Origin: Actinomycetota bacterium
GTDB taxonomy: Bacteria; Actinomycetota; UBA4738; HRBIN12
NCBI GenBank assembly: GCA_050998695.1
Contig: JBPCPX010000032.1
Coordinates: 1-63,367 of the forward strand
Direction: 5' to 3'
Length of the DNA: 63,367 nucleotides
Made by a program: the position numbers and the translations under genes. How positions within the stretch are numbered: the first letter of the stretch is position 1; each line of letters begins with the position of its first letter. The notes beneath the pieces are model-generated. The model worked only from the letters and a program-made list of their open reading frames with translations, made no database searches and was not told the DNA's origin. Positions 18,921 to 27,581 of the stretch are shown here, in pieces.

Positions 18921-18939
18921 GCTCCCGGTCACCGGGAGC
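18921..18939 (+). terminator. 8-bp stem / 3-nt loop hairpin after the OsmC-family gene
   Basis: gctcccgg-tca-ccgggagc followed by tt. Weak U-tract and a short loop. Confidence 0.3.
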
Positions 18940-18959
18940 TTGCACCGTAAGCTCCGACC

Positions 18960-20507
18960 GTGAGCAGCTCCGACCACCGCGTGATCGTGGGTCAGACCGG
19001 GCAGAACGTGCTCGGACTCGCGGTCGGAGCGGTGGCCACGTTCGCCGCTCAGGTCCTGATCACCAACGCGTTGGGCGACGAGGCGTTCGGCGTCGTCACG
19101 CTCACGACCCAGGCGGCCTTCATCGCCGCGGCGGCCACGCGGTTCGGGATGGACGTCGCGGACGTGCGACTGGTGTCGATCCTCGCGGGCCGGGGCGACG
19201 TCGTGCGCGCCCGAGGCCTGGTTGGCCGCTCCATCGCCATCGCCGCCGCCGTCTCGGTGCCGTTCAGCGTGGTGGCCTTCGTGCTCTCGCCCTGGCTCGC
19301 CGAACGATCCACGGCGGTTCCCGAGCTCGCGGAGCCCGCGTTCCGGGCCGCCGCAGTGACGGTGCCGTTCGCAGCGCTCGCGTTCGTCTACATGGGCGCG
19401 ACCCGCGGTCTGAAGATCATGCGGTACACGCTCTACTCCCAGTGGATCGTGCAGCCGATCGGATGGATCGTGCTGACGATCGCCTTCTGGGCGGCCTCCA
19501 GGACGGCGGCGATGACGACCCTGGCGTTCGGAGCCTCGTGGGCGCTCGCCCTGGCGATCGCGTTCGCGGGGTGGCAGCGCGAGCAGCGCCGGTTCCCGGC
19601 GGACATCGAGGCAGGCGAGGGGATCCTGGAGGAGCGCACGAGCGCGCTCGTGCGCTTCGGCGCGGTCCGCGCGCCGGCCACCCTGTTCTCCCAGCTGATC
19701 TTCTGGACGGACCTCTTCGTCCTTTCTGTGTTGTGGAGTGACAGGGGTTCGGCGGGTGCGGCGCAAGTAGGGGTGTACGGTGCCGTGCTCCGCGCGGGGC
19801 AGGCCCTGTTCCTGTTCCTCACGTCGGTGTCGCTGACGTTCAGCCCGTTCGTGGCCGACCTGCACCATCGAGGCGAGCGGGGGCAGCTCGATGCGCTCTA
19901 CAAGAACGTCACGCGATGGTCGCTGGCCGCGACGATCCCCGTCCTGCTCGTGCTGGGGATCCTGCCCGAGGAGACCCTTCGGATCTTCGGGCCCGAGTTC
20001 ACGAGCGGCGCCGACGCCCTCAGGATCCTGATCGTCGGGATGATCGTGCCGGTGATGGTGGGCACGGTCGGCTTCATCCTCATCATGGCCGGGCGGACCG
20101 GTTGGGACCTGGCCGTCTACCTCGGCGGATTCGCGCTCGACATCGGCGTGGCGCTGGCGCTCGCCGGTCCGGCGGACCTGGGGATCCGAGGAGCGGCCAT
20201 CGCGCAGGCGCTCACGCTGTCGTTCTCAGCCGTCGCCCGGCTGCTGCTCGTACGGCACTTCCTCGAGATCTGGCCGTTCGACGGGAGATGGGTACGGCTC
20301 GCGGCGCCCACGGCGCTTGGGGCACTGACCATGGGGTTGGCCCATGCGGTGATGCCGAACGGGAGGTGGGCCTTGGATCTGCTGGTGTCCGCCGCTCTCG
20401 GAGTGGGGATCTACGCAGCGGCGATGCTGACGATCGGGTTGTCTCCCACCGAGCGTGCCGCAGTGGCACGGCTGATACGACGCCGAACCGCTGCTGACGC
20501 CCCCTGA
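18960..20507 (+). CDS. polysaccharide/oligosaccharide flippase (MOP/Wzx-like) family membrane protein
   Basis: 515-aa protein with about 12-14 TM segments and a GTG start. The general pattern is that of lipopolysaccharide biosynthesis (Wzx-type) proteins. Assigned by overall architecture only. Confidence 0.55.
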   Translation: MSSSDHRVIVGQTGQNVLGLAVGAVATFAAQVLITNALGDEAFGVVTLTTQAAFIAAAATRFGMDVADVRLVSILAGRGDVVRARGLVGRSIAIAAAVSVPFSVVAFVLSPWLAERSTAVPELAEPAFRAAAVTVPFAALAFVYMGATRGLKIMRYTLYSQWIVQPIGWIVLTIAFWAASRTAAMTTLAFGASWALALAIAFAGWQREQRRFPADIEAGEGILEERTSALVRFGAVRAPATLFSQLIFWTDLFVLSVLWSDRGSAGAAQVGVYGAVLRAGQALFLFLTSVSLTFSPFVADLHHRGERGQLDALYKNVTRWSLAATIPVLLVLGILPEETLRIFGPEFTSGADALRILIVGMIVPVMVGTVGFILIMAGRTGWDLAVYLGGFALDIGVALALAGPADLGIRGAAIAQALTLSFSAVARLLLVRHFLEIWPFDGRWVRLAAPTALGALTMGLAHAVMPNGRWALDLLVSAALGVGIYAAAMLTIGLSPTERAAVARLIRRRTAADAP

Positions 20508-20671
20508 GCACGAGGACAGATGAGGGGCCTGCGACGGGTCGCGCGTAGCTCCGACACCAGCTAGCCTGCCGGGTCGGCGGCCTGGCGCTCCGCGCGCCGC
20601 CTGGCAAGCTCGTCCTCGATGTCCGGCAACGTGATGAGTCGGTCCTGCAGCTCCGTGAGGCGACAACCTCG

Positions 20672-21166
20672 TCATGGGCTGCCCGGCAGTCGCTCCGCGC
20701 CTTCGAGCGCCCGTACGACCGCCTCGGCCGGGTCGGCCGCGCGCTGCAACGGGTCGCCGGGAAGACCCTCGAGGTCGAGGGACCAGGTCCCGAGGCCGAC
20801 GACCGGCTTGCCCATCTTCAGCGCCAGTGCGATCTCCGACAACGTGCCGAACTCGCCGCCGACGGCGATCACGGCGTCGGCGGCGCGAGCCACGATCGCG
20901 TTGCGCGCCTCGCCAAGGCCCGTCGCGATGCGGACCGTGAGGTGCGGCGAGCCATGGGTGCGATCGTCGTCCGGCGGGATGCCCACCGAGGTGCCGCCCG
21001 CGGCTCGGCAGCCGCGGGCGGCCGCGTCCATGACCCCGCCGAGGCCTCCGCAGACGAGCACGGCGCCGGCTTCAGCGAGCCGGCGTCCGATCTCCTCGGC
21101 GGCGGCCGCCTCGTCATCGGAGGCCTGCCCCGCGCCGATCACCGAGATATAGGGACCCTCGCTCAC
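20672..21166 (-). CDS. TIGR00725/LOG-like Rossmann-fold protein
   Basis: ISVIGAGQ..LVCGGLGGVMDAAARG..GGTSVGI..AVIAVGGEFGTLSEIALALKMGKPVV. Confidence 0.65.
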   Translation of the reverse strand: MSEGPYISVIGAGQASDDEAAAAEEIGRRLAEAGAVLVCGGLGGVMDAAARGCRAAGGTSVGIPPDDDRTHGSPHLTVRIATGLGEARNAIVARAADAVIAVGGEFGTLSEIALALKMGKPVVGLGTWSLDLEGLPGDPLQRAADPAEAVVRALEGAERLPGSP

Positions 21167-21212
21167 GGCCGGAGTATGTCAGTCGCTCACGCGCGGCCTC
21201 AGCCCCGCGGCG

Positions 21213-23489
21213 TCAACCCCACGTGATGCCGAGTATCGCCGCCAACAACGAAGCCGCCGCCGGCTTGTCGAGCGGCTCGTTTCCGTTCCCGCACTTGGGA
21301 CTCTGCACGCACGAAGGGCAACCGAGCGAGCAGGGGCACTGCCGGATCGTCTCCAGGGTCGCATGGAGGAGCCGTTCGATGTGACGGAACCCCCGCTCGC
21401 TGATGCCCGCGCCGCCCGGGTAGGCATCGTGGATGAAGATCGTGGTGAGGCCGGTGTCCGGATGCAGCGGCGTGGAGACGCCGCCAAGGTCCCACCGGTC
21501 GCACGTCGCGATCAGCGGCATCAGCCCTATCGCTGCGTGCTCGGCTGCGTGGATCGCGCCGGGAAGTTGACGAGGGGTGACGGCGGCCTTCGACATCACC
21601 TGGCCCGGGATCGTGAGCCAGAGGGCCCGGGTCTGCAGGTGCTGCGGGGGGAGCGCCAGTGTCTCCTCGCCCATCACCTCGTTCGTCGCTACGAGCTTGC
21701 GGACGAAGCCGACGACCTGGTCGGTGACGAGCACGGAGCCGAACGAGACGCCGACGTCGCCGAGCGACCAGCCCTCGAGCTCCTCGACGATCTCGATGTC
21801 GGTCACGTCGCGAGCCTGCGTGTAGTAATCGGGATCGGCGGACTCGACGGCGGCCACCCCGCGCGAGAGGTCGAGCTCCCGGACGAGGAACTGCTCGCCC
21901 ATATGGAGGTAGACGGCGCCGGGATGGAGCGTGGCGAACGCCCGATGCTCGTCGGCCGTGCCGATCACCTCACCGGTGGCGCGGTTGACGATCGTGTAGA
22001 CGCTCCCCGCCCCGGCACGGACGTCGACCTGGCGGTGCGGCGACTCGCGTCCGGCGTCGTGCCACGCGTCGCGGCGGCGCGCCAGCTCCCCGCGCTCGCC
22101 CATCCGCTCGAGGGCCGCGCCGGCCTCGGGACCGAAGTAGGCGTGATCCTCGTCGGTGATCGGCAGCTCGCGCGCCGCGCACCGCAGGTGCGGTTCCAGT
22201 ACGTAAGGGTTCTCGGGATCGATCACCGCATCCTCGGCCGGCTTGTCGAAGAGGTCCTCGGGGTGATGCACGAGGTACTGGTCGAGGGGGTCGTCCTGCG
22301 CGACGAGCATCGCGAGCGAGCCCTCGGTCCGGCGTCCCGAGCGGCCCGCCTGCTGCCACATCGAGGCGCGGGTGCCCGGGTAGCCGGTCAGCACGGCGGC
22401 GTCGAGCGAGCCGATGTCGATCCCGAGCTCGAGCGCGGAGGTCGCCGCGACGGCGAGCAGCTCGCCGTCGGCGAGGCGCCGCTCGATCTTGCGGCGGTCT
22501 TCGGCGAGGTAGCCGGCGCGGTAGGAGACGATCCGGTCGCGGCGGTCCGCGTCGCCCACCTCGCGTCGTGTGAACTCCGCGAGCAGCTCCGCGGCCCGCC
22601 GCGACCTCGTGAATCCGATCGTTCGGACGTCCTTGGCAACGAGCTTCCCCATCAACCACGAAGCCTCGGCCAGAGCGCTCCGCCGCCGGCCGGTCTCCTC
22701 GTCGACGACCGGGGGGTTCCACAGCGCGAACACCTTGTCCCCCGCCGGCCCGCCGGCTGCCTCGACGACTTCCACGTCGAGGCCCGTCAACCGCGACGCG
22801 AGCTCGCCCGGATTGCCGACGGTGGCGCTCGCGAGGCACCAGCGCGGGCTGCCGCCGTAGTGCTCGATCAGCCGCCGCAGACGCCGAAGAACCATCGCGA
22901 CGTGGGATCCGAACACGCCTCGGCACACGTGCGCTTCGTCGATCACGATCAACGAGAGCCGGAAGAGGAAGTCGGCCCACCTCGCGTGGTCGGGAAGCAT
23001 CGACAGGTGGAGCATGTCCGGATTCGTGAGCACCAGGTTCGCGTTCTTCCGGATCAGCGGCCGCTCGGCCTTCGGCGTGTCGCCGTCGTAAGCGGAGGCC
23101 CGGATCTGTGTGAGCTTCAGCGCTCGGACCGCGCGGAGCTGGTCGCGCGCGAGCGCCTTGGTGGGGAAGAGGTACAGGGCCGTGGCCTTGGGGACGTTGA
23201 CGGCCGCCTCGGCGAACGCGACGTCGTAGACCAGGGTCTTGCCGCTCGCGGTCCCCGTCGCGAGGATCACGTCCCGGCCCGATCGGAGCGACTCGAGCCC
23301 GCGGGACTGGTGCGGGTAGAGGCCCTCGATGCCGAGGAGCCCGAGTCGGGAGCGGACGATCTCCGGAACGTCCTCGGGGAACGGATCCAGTCGAGGCTCC
23401 CGGGCCCGGAGCTCCCGCAGGCCGACGAGACAGGCGGCGGTCTCCGGGTCGTCCGCGGTCAGCTCTTCGAGGAAGGCGTGCGCGTCCAC
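21213..23489 (-). CDS. DEAD/DEAH-box helicase with C-terminal DUF1998/MrfA zinc-binding domain (MrfA/YprA-like)
   Basis: Walker A ATGTASGKT and DEAH-like box IDEAH. HPEDLF..DPENPYVLEPHL. The C-terminus CPCSLGCPSCVQSPKCGNGNEPLDK is the DUF1998 four-Cys motif. Confidence 0.8.
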   Translation of the reverse strand: MDAHAFLEELTADDPETAACLVGLRELRAREPRLDPFPEDVPEIVRSRLGLLGIEGLYPHQSRGLESLRSGRDVILATGTASGKTLVYDVAFAEAAVNVPKATALYLFPTKALARDQLRAVRALKLTQIRASAYDGDTPKAERPLIRKNANLVLTNPDMLHLSMLPDHARWADFLFRLSLIVIDEAHVCRGVFGSHVAMVLRRLRRLIEHYGGSPRWCLASATVGNPGELASRLTGLDVEVVEAAGGPAGDKVFALWNPPVVDEETGRRRSALAEASWLMGKLVAKDVRTIGFTRSRRAAELLAEFTRREVGDADRRDRIVSYRAGYLAEDRRKIERRLADGELLAVAATSALELGIDIGSLDAAVLTGYPGTRASMWQQAGRSGRRTEGSLAMLVAQDDPLDQYLVHHPEDLFDKPAEDAVIDPENPYVLEPHLRCAARELPITDEDHAYFGPEAGAALERMGERGELARRRDAWHDAGRESPHRQVDVRAGAGSVYTIVNRATGEVIGTADEHRAFATLHPGAVYLHMGEQFLVRELDLSRGVAAVESADPDYYTQARDVTDIEIVEELEGWSLGDVGVSFGSVLVTDQVVGFVRKLVATNEVMGEETLALPPQHLQTRALWLTIPGQVMSKAAVTPRQLPGAIHAAEHAAIGLMPLIATCDRWDLGGVSTPLHPDTGLTTIFIHDAYPGGAGISERGFRHIERLLHATLETIRQCPCSLGCPSCVQSPKCGNGNEPLDKPAAASLLAAILGITWG

Positions 23490-23494
23490 CGGAG

Positions 23495-24904
23495 CTACGC
23501 GCCGGGCAGAGGCGGCGAGTCCCCGTTCGCATCCGTGTGCGGCGGCGAGGGATAGTCCTTCTCGAGTTCGCCGAGTGCGTCTTGCAGACGTTCCCTCGAC
23601 AACTCCGCGTGCGAGGCGACGAAGGCATCTCGTATCAGGAGCGGCACGCGTCGGCGGTCTCGGAGGATGAAGATCAGGCCGAGCAACAGGTACAGGACTC
23701 CCACGCCGATCCGCTCGGCCGCGTGCAGCGACTCGGGTACCAGCGCTCCCACGATGAACTGCGCCCAGAACAGACCGAAGAGGTAGCCGGCCTCACGCAA
23801 CGACAGCGAGAGGTTCGACATGATCGCGACCGCGAAGAACGACTGGGCGGCGGTCAGGAACAGCTCCTCCCGCTGCACGGCACTGATCGGCAGCCCGTGC
23901 ATGGATGAGCTGGAGATCGCGAACACGATCGGAAGTGTTCCGACGAGGAGCGTCCACTGGTTCACCTTCGAGGAGACGAGGGTCCCGAGCGCCGAGTTCG
24001 TGTTCAGCCGCCACGCGAAGAGGCCGGCGACGAGCAGCTCCGGTGTCTCCGATGCGAGCGGCGCGAGCCACTGCACGAGGAGGAACTCGTTGATGTTGAG
24101 TTCCAATCCGGTCTCGGTCAGGGCCTCCGCGAAGGGATGCGCGAAGAGCCAGATCACCACACCGGAGGCAACGAAGAGGCCCAACACCGATGCCCGGCGC
24201 GTCGCGACGGGGAACGAGCCCAGATAGCGTGCCGGTCCCACGAGGTGGGGCTCCTCCGCCGGTGCGCGCGAGACGCGCCAGGTGTAGCCCGCGAACAGGG
24301 TGACGAGGACGATCGTGTCGATCAACGTGATCGACCCTTTCAGAGGCAGGGTGAGGGAGTAGAGCGTCGCCACCCACAAGAACCCGAGCTCGATCGAATG
24401 GTCCCGCGTGAGCTCGATCCCCGCCCAGCGCCCCGGTCGCATCTCGCCCGTCTTCCGCAGCCGATACCAGGCGATGAACACCACCATCGACCAGCCGATA
24501 CCGATGAGGAGGCGGTTGGCGCCGGTCATGTTGGCGAGAGCGAGGTCGCAAGGCGATTCGGCCCCCGGGGTCGCCGGGGGGCAGCTGGGATCGACCTCGA
24601 AGGCATTCCCGCCTCTGGCCGTGAACACGAAGTCCACCGCGTACTCGGGCAGGACCGCGATCAGCGCGAGGATCGCGATCGCGAGTCCGGCCGAGATGTC
24701 GAGCTGAGCCGTCTCGGCCGCCCACGAGATCGCGAACGCCGCACCGACGATCGCGAGACCGAACAACAGCGCTTCGAGCGGATGGGAGGTCTCGAGGCCA
24801 CCGAACCGCACGAGGAACGCCGGCACGGTGACGAGCGCGGCGGCCGCCAGCGCTATTCGCTGGCGGCCGGGATGTATGTCGAGGAGATCTTCGTGCACGG
24901 TCAC
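23495..24904 (-). CDS. CaCA-family cation exchanger-like membrane protein
   Basis: 469-aa polytopic protein with two alpha-repeat-like segments (IAVLPEYAVD and LASETPELLVAG). It ends 6 nt upstream of the helicase start. Confidence 0.55.
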   Translation of the reverse strand: MTVHEDLLDIHPGRQRIALAAAALVTVPAFLVRFGGLETSHPLEALLFGLAIVGAAFAISWAAETAQLDISAGLAIAILALIAVLPEYAVDFVFTARGGNAFEVDPSCPPATPGAESPCDLALANMTGANRLLIGIGWSMVVFIAWYRLRKTGEMRPGRWAGIELTRDHSIELGFLWVATLYSLTLPLKGSITLIDTIVLVTLFAGYTWRVSRAPAEEPHLVGPARYLGSFPVATRRASVLGLFVASGVVIWLFAHPFAEALTETGLELNINEFLLVQWLAPLASETPELLVAGLFAWRLNTNSALGTLVSSKVNQWTLLVGTLPIVFAISSSSMHGLPISAVQREELFLTAAQSFFAVAIMSNLSLSLREAGYLFGLFWAQFIVGALVPESLHAAERIGVGVLYLLLGLIFILRDRRRVPLLIRDAFVASHAELSRERLQDALGELEKDYPSPPHTDANGDSPPLPGA

Positions 24905-25021
24905 CGGATGCGGGTCGTCGCGAGGAGGTTCGGTTGCTTCCGGCGGAGCGTATCACCGGCCCCCAAACGCGAAGTTCATGGCGCCGCCACTCGTCCGGGA
25001 AGCGGCCTCACCGGCAGCGCC

Positions 25022-25969
25022 TCACCGTACGCCGGTCGGACTCCGGGGGATGTTGGCCCGCCGCAGCGCGCCGTCCTCCTTCGCGTCGCGGAAGATCGCC
25101 CGGGCCGTCCCCATCGAAAGTGACACCACCGACAGTCCGCCGACGGACCCGGTGCCGCCGGGGAGGACCACGTTGCGGACGTCGTTCGGCCGGATCCCGC
25201 TGGCCGTGAACGCGAGGTCGACGAGCTCGCCCAGAGGGAGATCGGTATCCATGTTCTTCGCACCGGCCGCGATCCACGCGAGGAGGCGGCTCGGGTTCTT
25301 CCGGTACTCCTGCCGGAACTGGGTCAGGGCCGCCACGAAGACTCGCCCTCCGTTCTCCTGCCGTCCGAAGTCACCACCTCCCACGCTCTTGCGATCACGC
25401 GCGAACGCGAGGACCTGCTTCCCGTGCAGCCGCCGGTAGCCGGGGTGGAAGTTCGATCCGGAGAACGGGTCCTGCATCCGGAACGGGATGCGGATCCGTA
25501 GCCCACCGACCCGGTCGACCATGCGAGCGATGCCCCAGAACGACGTGACGGCCCAGTAGTCGATCCGGGCGCCGAAGTTCCGCTCGACCGTTTGCACCAT
25601 CCTCGCCGGCCCGCCACTCGCCATCGCCGCGTTGATCTTGCTGGTGCCGAGCCCCGGGATCGACACCCACGAGTCTCGAGGGATCCCCACGACGACGGCC
25701 CTCTCCTTCCGGGGGTGGAGGAAGATCACGTGGATCGAATCCGCGCGGGAGCGGAGCGGGTTCTGCCCCGGCCTGGCGTCGGAGCCGACCGCGAGGATCG
25801 TGATCGTTCGTCGCCCCGACGGCTCGGGCGTGTAGCCGTCGTGGGCACGACCGAACGCGAGGCCGGCCGTCCGCGCGCTCGCCGCGGGGAGCCCCGCGTT
25901 CGAGCCGAGCGTGGTGCCGGCCAGCCACGACAGGACGATGGTGAGCGCGATGAAGGCTCGACGCGTCAC
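25022..25969 (-). CDS. LCP (LytR-CpsA-Psr) family protein, copy 1
   Basis: ILAVGSDARPG..RADSIHVIFL..VVVGIPRDSWVSIPG..SKINAA..IDYWAVTSFWG..VDRVGGL..LAFARDRKS..GDFGRQENG. The proposed GTG start at 25969 overlaps the upstream stop (GTGA). Confidence 0.8.
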   Translation of the reverse strand: MTRRAFIALTIVLSWLAGTTLGSNAGLPAASARTAGLAFGRAHDGYTPEPSGRRTITILAVGSDARPGQNPLRSRADSIHVIFLHPRKERAVVVGIPRDSWVSIPGLGTSKINAAMASGGPARMVQTVERNFGARIDYWAVTSFWGIARMVDRVGGLRIRIPFRMQDPFSGSNFHPGYRRLHGKQVLAFARDRKSVGGGDFGRQENGGRVFVAALTQFRQEYRKNPSRLLAWIAAGAKNMDTDLPLGELVDLAFTASGIRPNDVRNVVLPGGTGSVGGLSVVSLSMGTARAIFRDAKEDGALRRANIPRSPTGVR

Positions 25970-26646
25970 GCTGATCCCCGCGGTGCATCGGTGCGCGTGA
26001 CGTGGAAGGACACGATCTTCCATGACCCACGGACGTGTTCGAAGAAGAACTGTCCGTTCGAACGGAGCGTGACGGGCTCGGGCCCCACGGCGATCGCCGA
26101 GAACCGAACGAAGCTCAGGAGCAGCGTGGGTCTGCCTCCCCGAGCGACGAGGACACTCGTGTCGATGCGGCCGGTCACGGGCAGGATCTGCTCGTAGCGA
26201 TCGCCGGCGCGAGCGCCGGCCGTGAGCAGGCCGGGGTGTGCCAACGCCCGGTTCCTTGCCCCTCTCGCGAATCCGCCGAACGCGTCCGCGTAGTCCCCAC
26301 GGGTCCAGTTCGCGGGATCGAGGAACCCCTGGGTGTACAGGTCGTCGAGGATGGTTCGGGCGGCGACCTCGGCGCGCTCGCCCGCCTCCCGTTGACGCCG
26401 CTTGATGCGTCCCCCCGAGGTGGGCACCACCTTTCGCGTTGCCTTCGTGAACCGGAACGCGGGCGTCGCGGCGACGCCCTCCTCGCTCTCGGTGGGCACG
26501 TCCACGTCGCGATGGAGACCCCTCACGGGCCCGTCGTCCTTTTGTGTGAGGAGCACGACCGCCCCGATCGCCAGCAGGGCGACGAGTGCGGCTCCGATGA
26601 GGGTCGTCCGGCGACGGGACCGAGGCGGGATGGGCTCCTCCTTCAA
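25966..26646 (-). CDS. membrane-anchored protein of unknown function, LCP-associated, copy 1
   Basis: N-terminal anchor RRRTTLIGAALVALLAIGAVVLL followed by a ~180-aa extracytoplasmic part. Paralogous to 27581..28351. Confidence 0.6.
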   Translation of the reverse strand: MKEEPIPPRSRRRTTLIGAALVALLAIGAVVLLTQKDDGPVRGLHRDVDVPTESEEGVAATPAFRFTKATRKVVPTSGGRIKRRQREAGERAEVAARTILDDLYTQGFLDPANWTRGDYADAFGGFARGARNRALAHPGLLTAGARAGDRYEQILPVTGRIDTSVLVARGGRPTLLLSFVRFSAIAVGPEPVTLRSNGQFFFEHVRGSWKIVSFHVTRTDAPRGSA

Positions 26647-26648
26647 CG

Positions 26649-27581
26649 CTAGCCCGAGGGCGCGTTGGCGGGCGGGATGTCCTGCGGCAGCACGTAGCCG
26701 TCTGCCGCGATGTCCTCGAACACCGGGTTCGGGGACGGGAGGTTGACGATGCTGATCCCTCCCGCCGTGCCGATGCTTCCGACGGTCACGAGGTTCGTGA
26801 CCCGCTTCGGGCTGATCTCTGACGACGCGAAGCCGAGGGTCAGCAGCTCGCTCACGGGGACGTCGGTGGTGACGTTTCGCATGCCCACCGCGATCCAGCG
26901 GAACAGGGCGGCCGGGTCCTTCTGGAACTCCGCGCGGAACTGCGTGAACGCCGCCTGCAGGATCCGCCCCTGGTTCATCGAGCGGTCGAAGTCGCCCTGG
27001 GAGAGGCTCTTGCGCGTGCGCGTGTACTCGAGCGCCTGCGGACCGGTCAGCGTCTGCCGCCCCTCTTCGAACGGGGTGAACTCGTGACCTTCGAACGAGT
27101 ACGGGATATCGATCTGGAGGCCCCCGAGCGTTTCGAAGATCCTCTTGAACCCGTCGAAACCGGTGAGCATGTAGTAGTCGAGGGTGACTCCCGTCAGATC
27201 CTCGACCGTGTCGATCATCCCTTTGACGCCCACTCGCGGGAGGGCGTTGTTGATCTTGTCGTTGCCGCCGCCCGCGATCGGCACGTAGGAGTCACGGGGG
27301 ATCCCGACGAGTGTGGCCCGCTTCGCCTTGGGATCGATCCCGAGGACATGGATCGAGTCGCAGAGGCCACGCTCCAAAGGCGTGCCCGGGCGCGCGTCGC
27401 TCCCCATGATCAGGATGAAGATCGGCTTGTTCCCGCGGAGAGAGGGAGCGAACTCGGCGTGCGCGTCCCCGATCTGCAGGAGTGGGGCGCTCGCGACGGG
27501 CGTCGCCTGGAGCGTCGCGGCGCTGAGTCCCGCGACGCCCGCCACGAGCGAGGCGACGGTCGCGATCAGGCGGCGGCGCAT
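26649..27581 (-). CDS. LCP (LytR-CpsA-Psr) family protein, copy 2
   Basis: ILIMGSDARPG..LCDSIHVLGI..TLVGIPRDSYVPI..DKINNA..LDYYMLTGFDGF..LGGLQIDIP..LEYTRTRKSLSQGDFDRSMNQG. The start is taken at MRRRLIATVASL (27581). Confidence 0.8.
   Translation of the reverse strand: MRRRLIATVASLVAGVAGLSAATLQATPVASAPLLQIGDAHAEFAPSLRGNKPIFILIMGSDARPGTPLERGLCDSIHVLGIDPKAKRATLVGIPRDSYVPIAGGGNDKINNALPRVGVKGMIDTVEDLTGVTLDYYMLTGFDGFKRIFETLGGLQIDIPYSFEGHEFTPFEEGRQTLTGPQALEYTRTRKSLSQGDFDRSMNQGRILQAAFTQFRAEFQKDPAALFRWIAVGMRNVTTDVPVSELLTLGFASSEISPKRVTNLVTVGSIGTAGGISIVNLPSPNPVFEDIAADGYVLPQDIPPANAPSG

Noticed and set aside
20672-20674. Selenocysteine recoding of the in-frame TGA after the TIGR00725 gene
   Set aside because: I could see no SECIS-like hairpin immediately downstream, and the family is not known to me as a selenoprotein. 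Read-through or error is more parsimonious, and it is reported only as an open question.
21213-23489. Interpreting the DUF1998 helicase as part of a DISARM-like defence system
   Set aside because: The helicase and DUF1998 domains are fused in one MrfA/YprA-like protein. No DrmB/DrmC, methyltransferase or PLD nuclease genes are nearby, and the neighbours are housekeeping-like.
21363-23555. 730-aa plus-strand ORF, plus several 300-650-aa Arg/Gly/Pro-rich ORFs elsewhere (for example 28354..30309, 34415..36376, 11450..12604)
   Set aside because: These are shadow frames of clearly identified genes on the other strand or in another frame. They show no motifs and have extreme Arg/Pro content.
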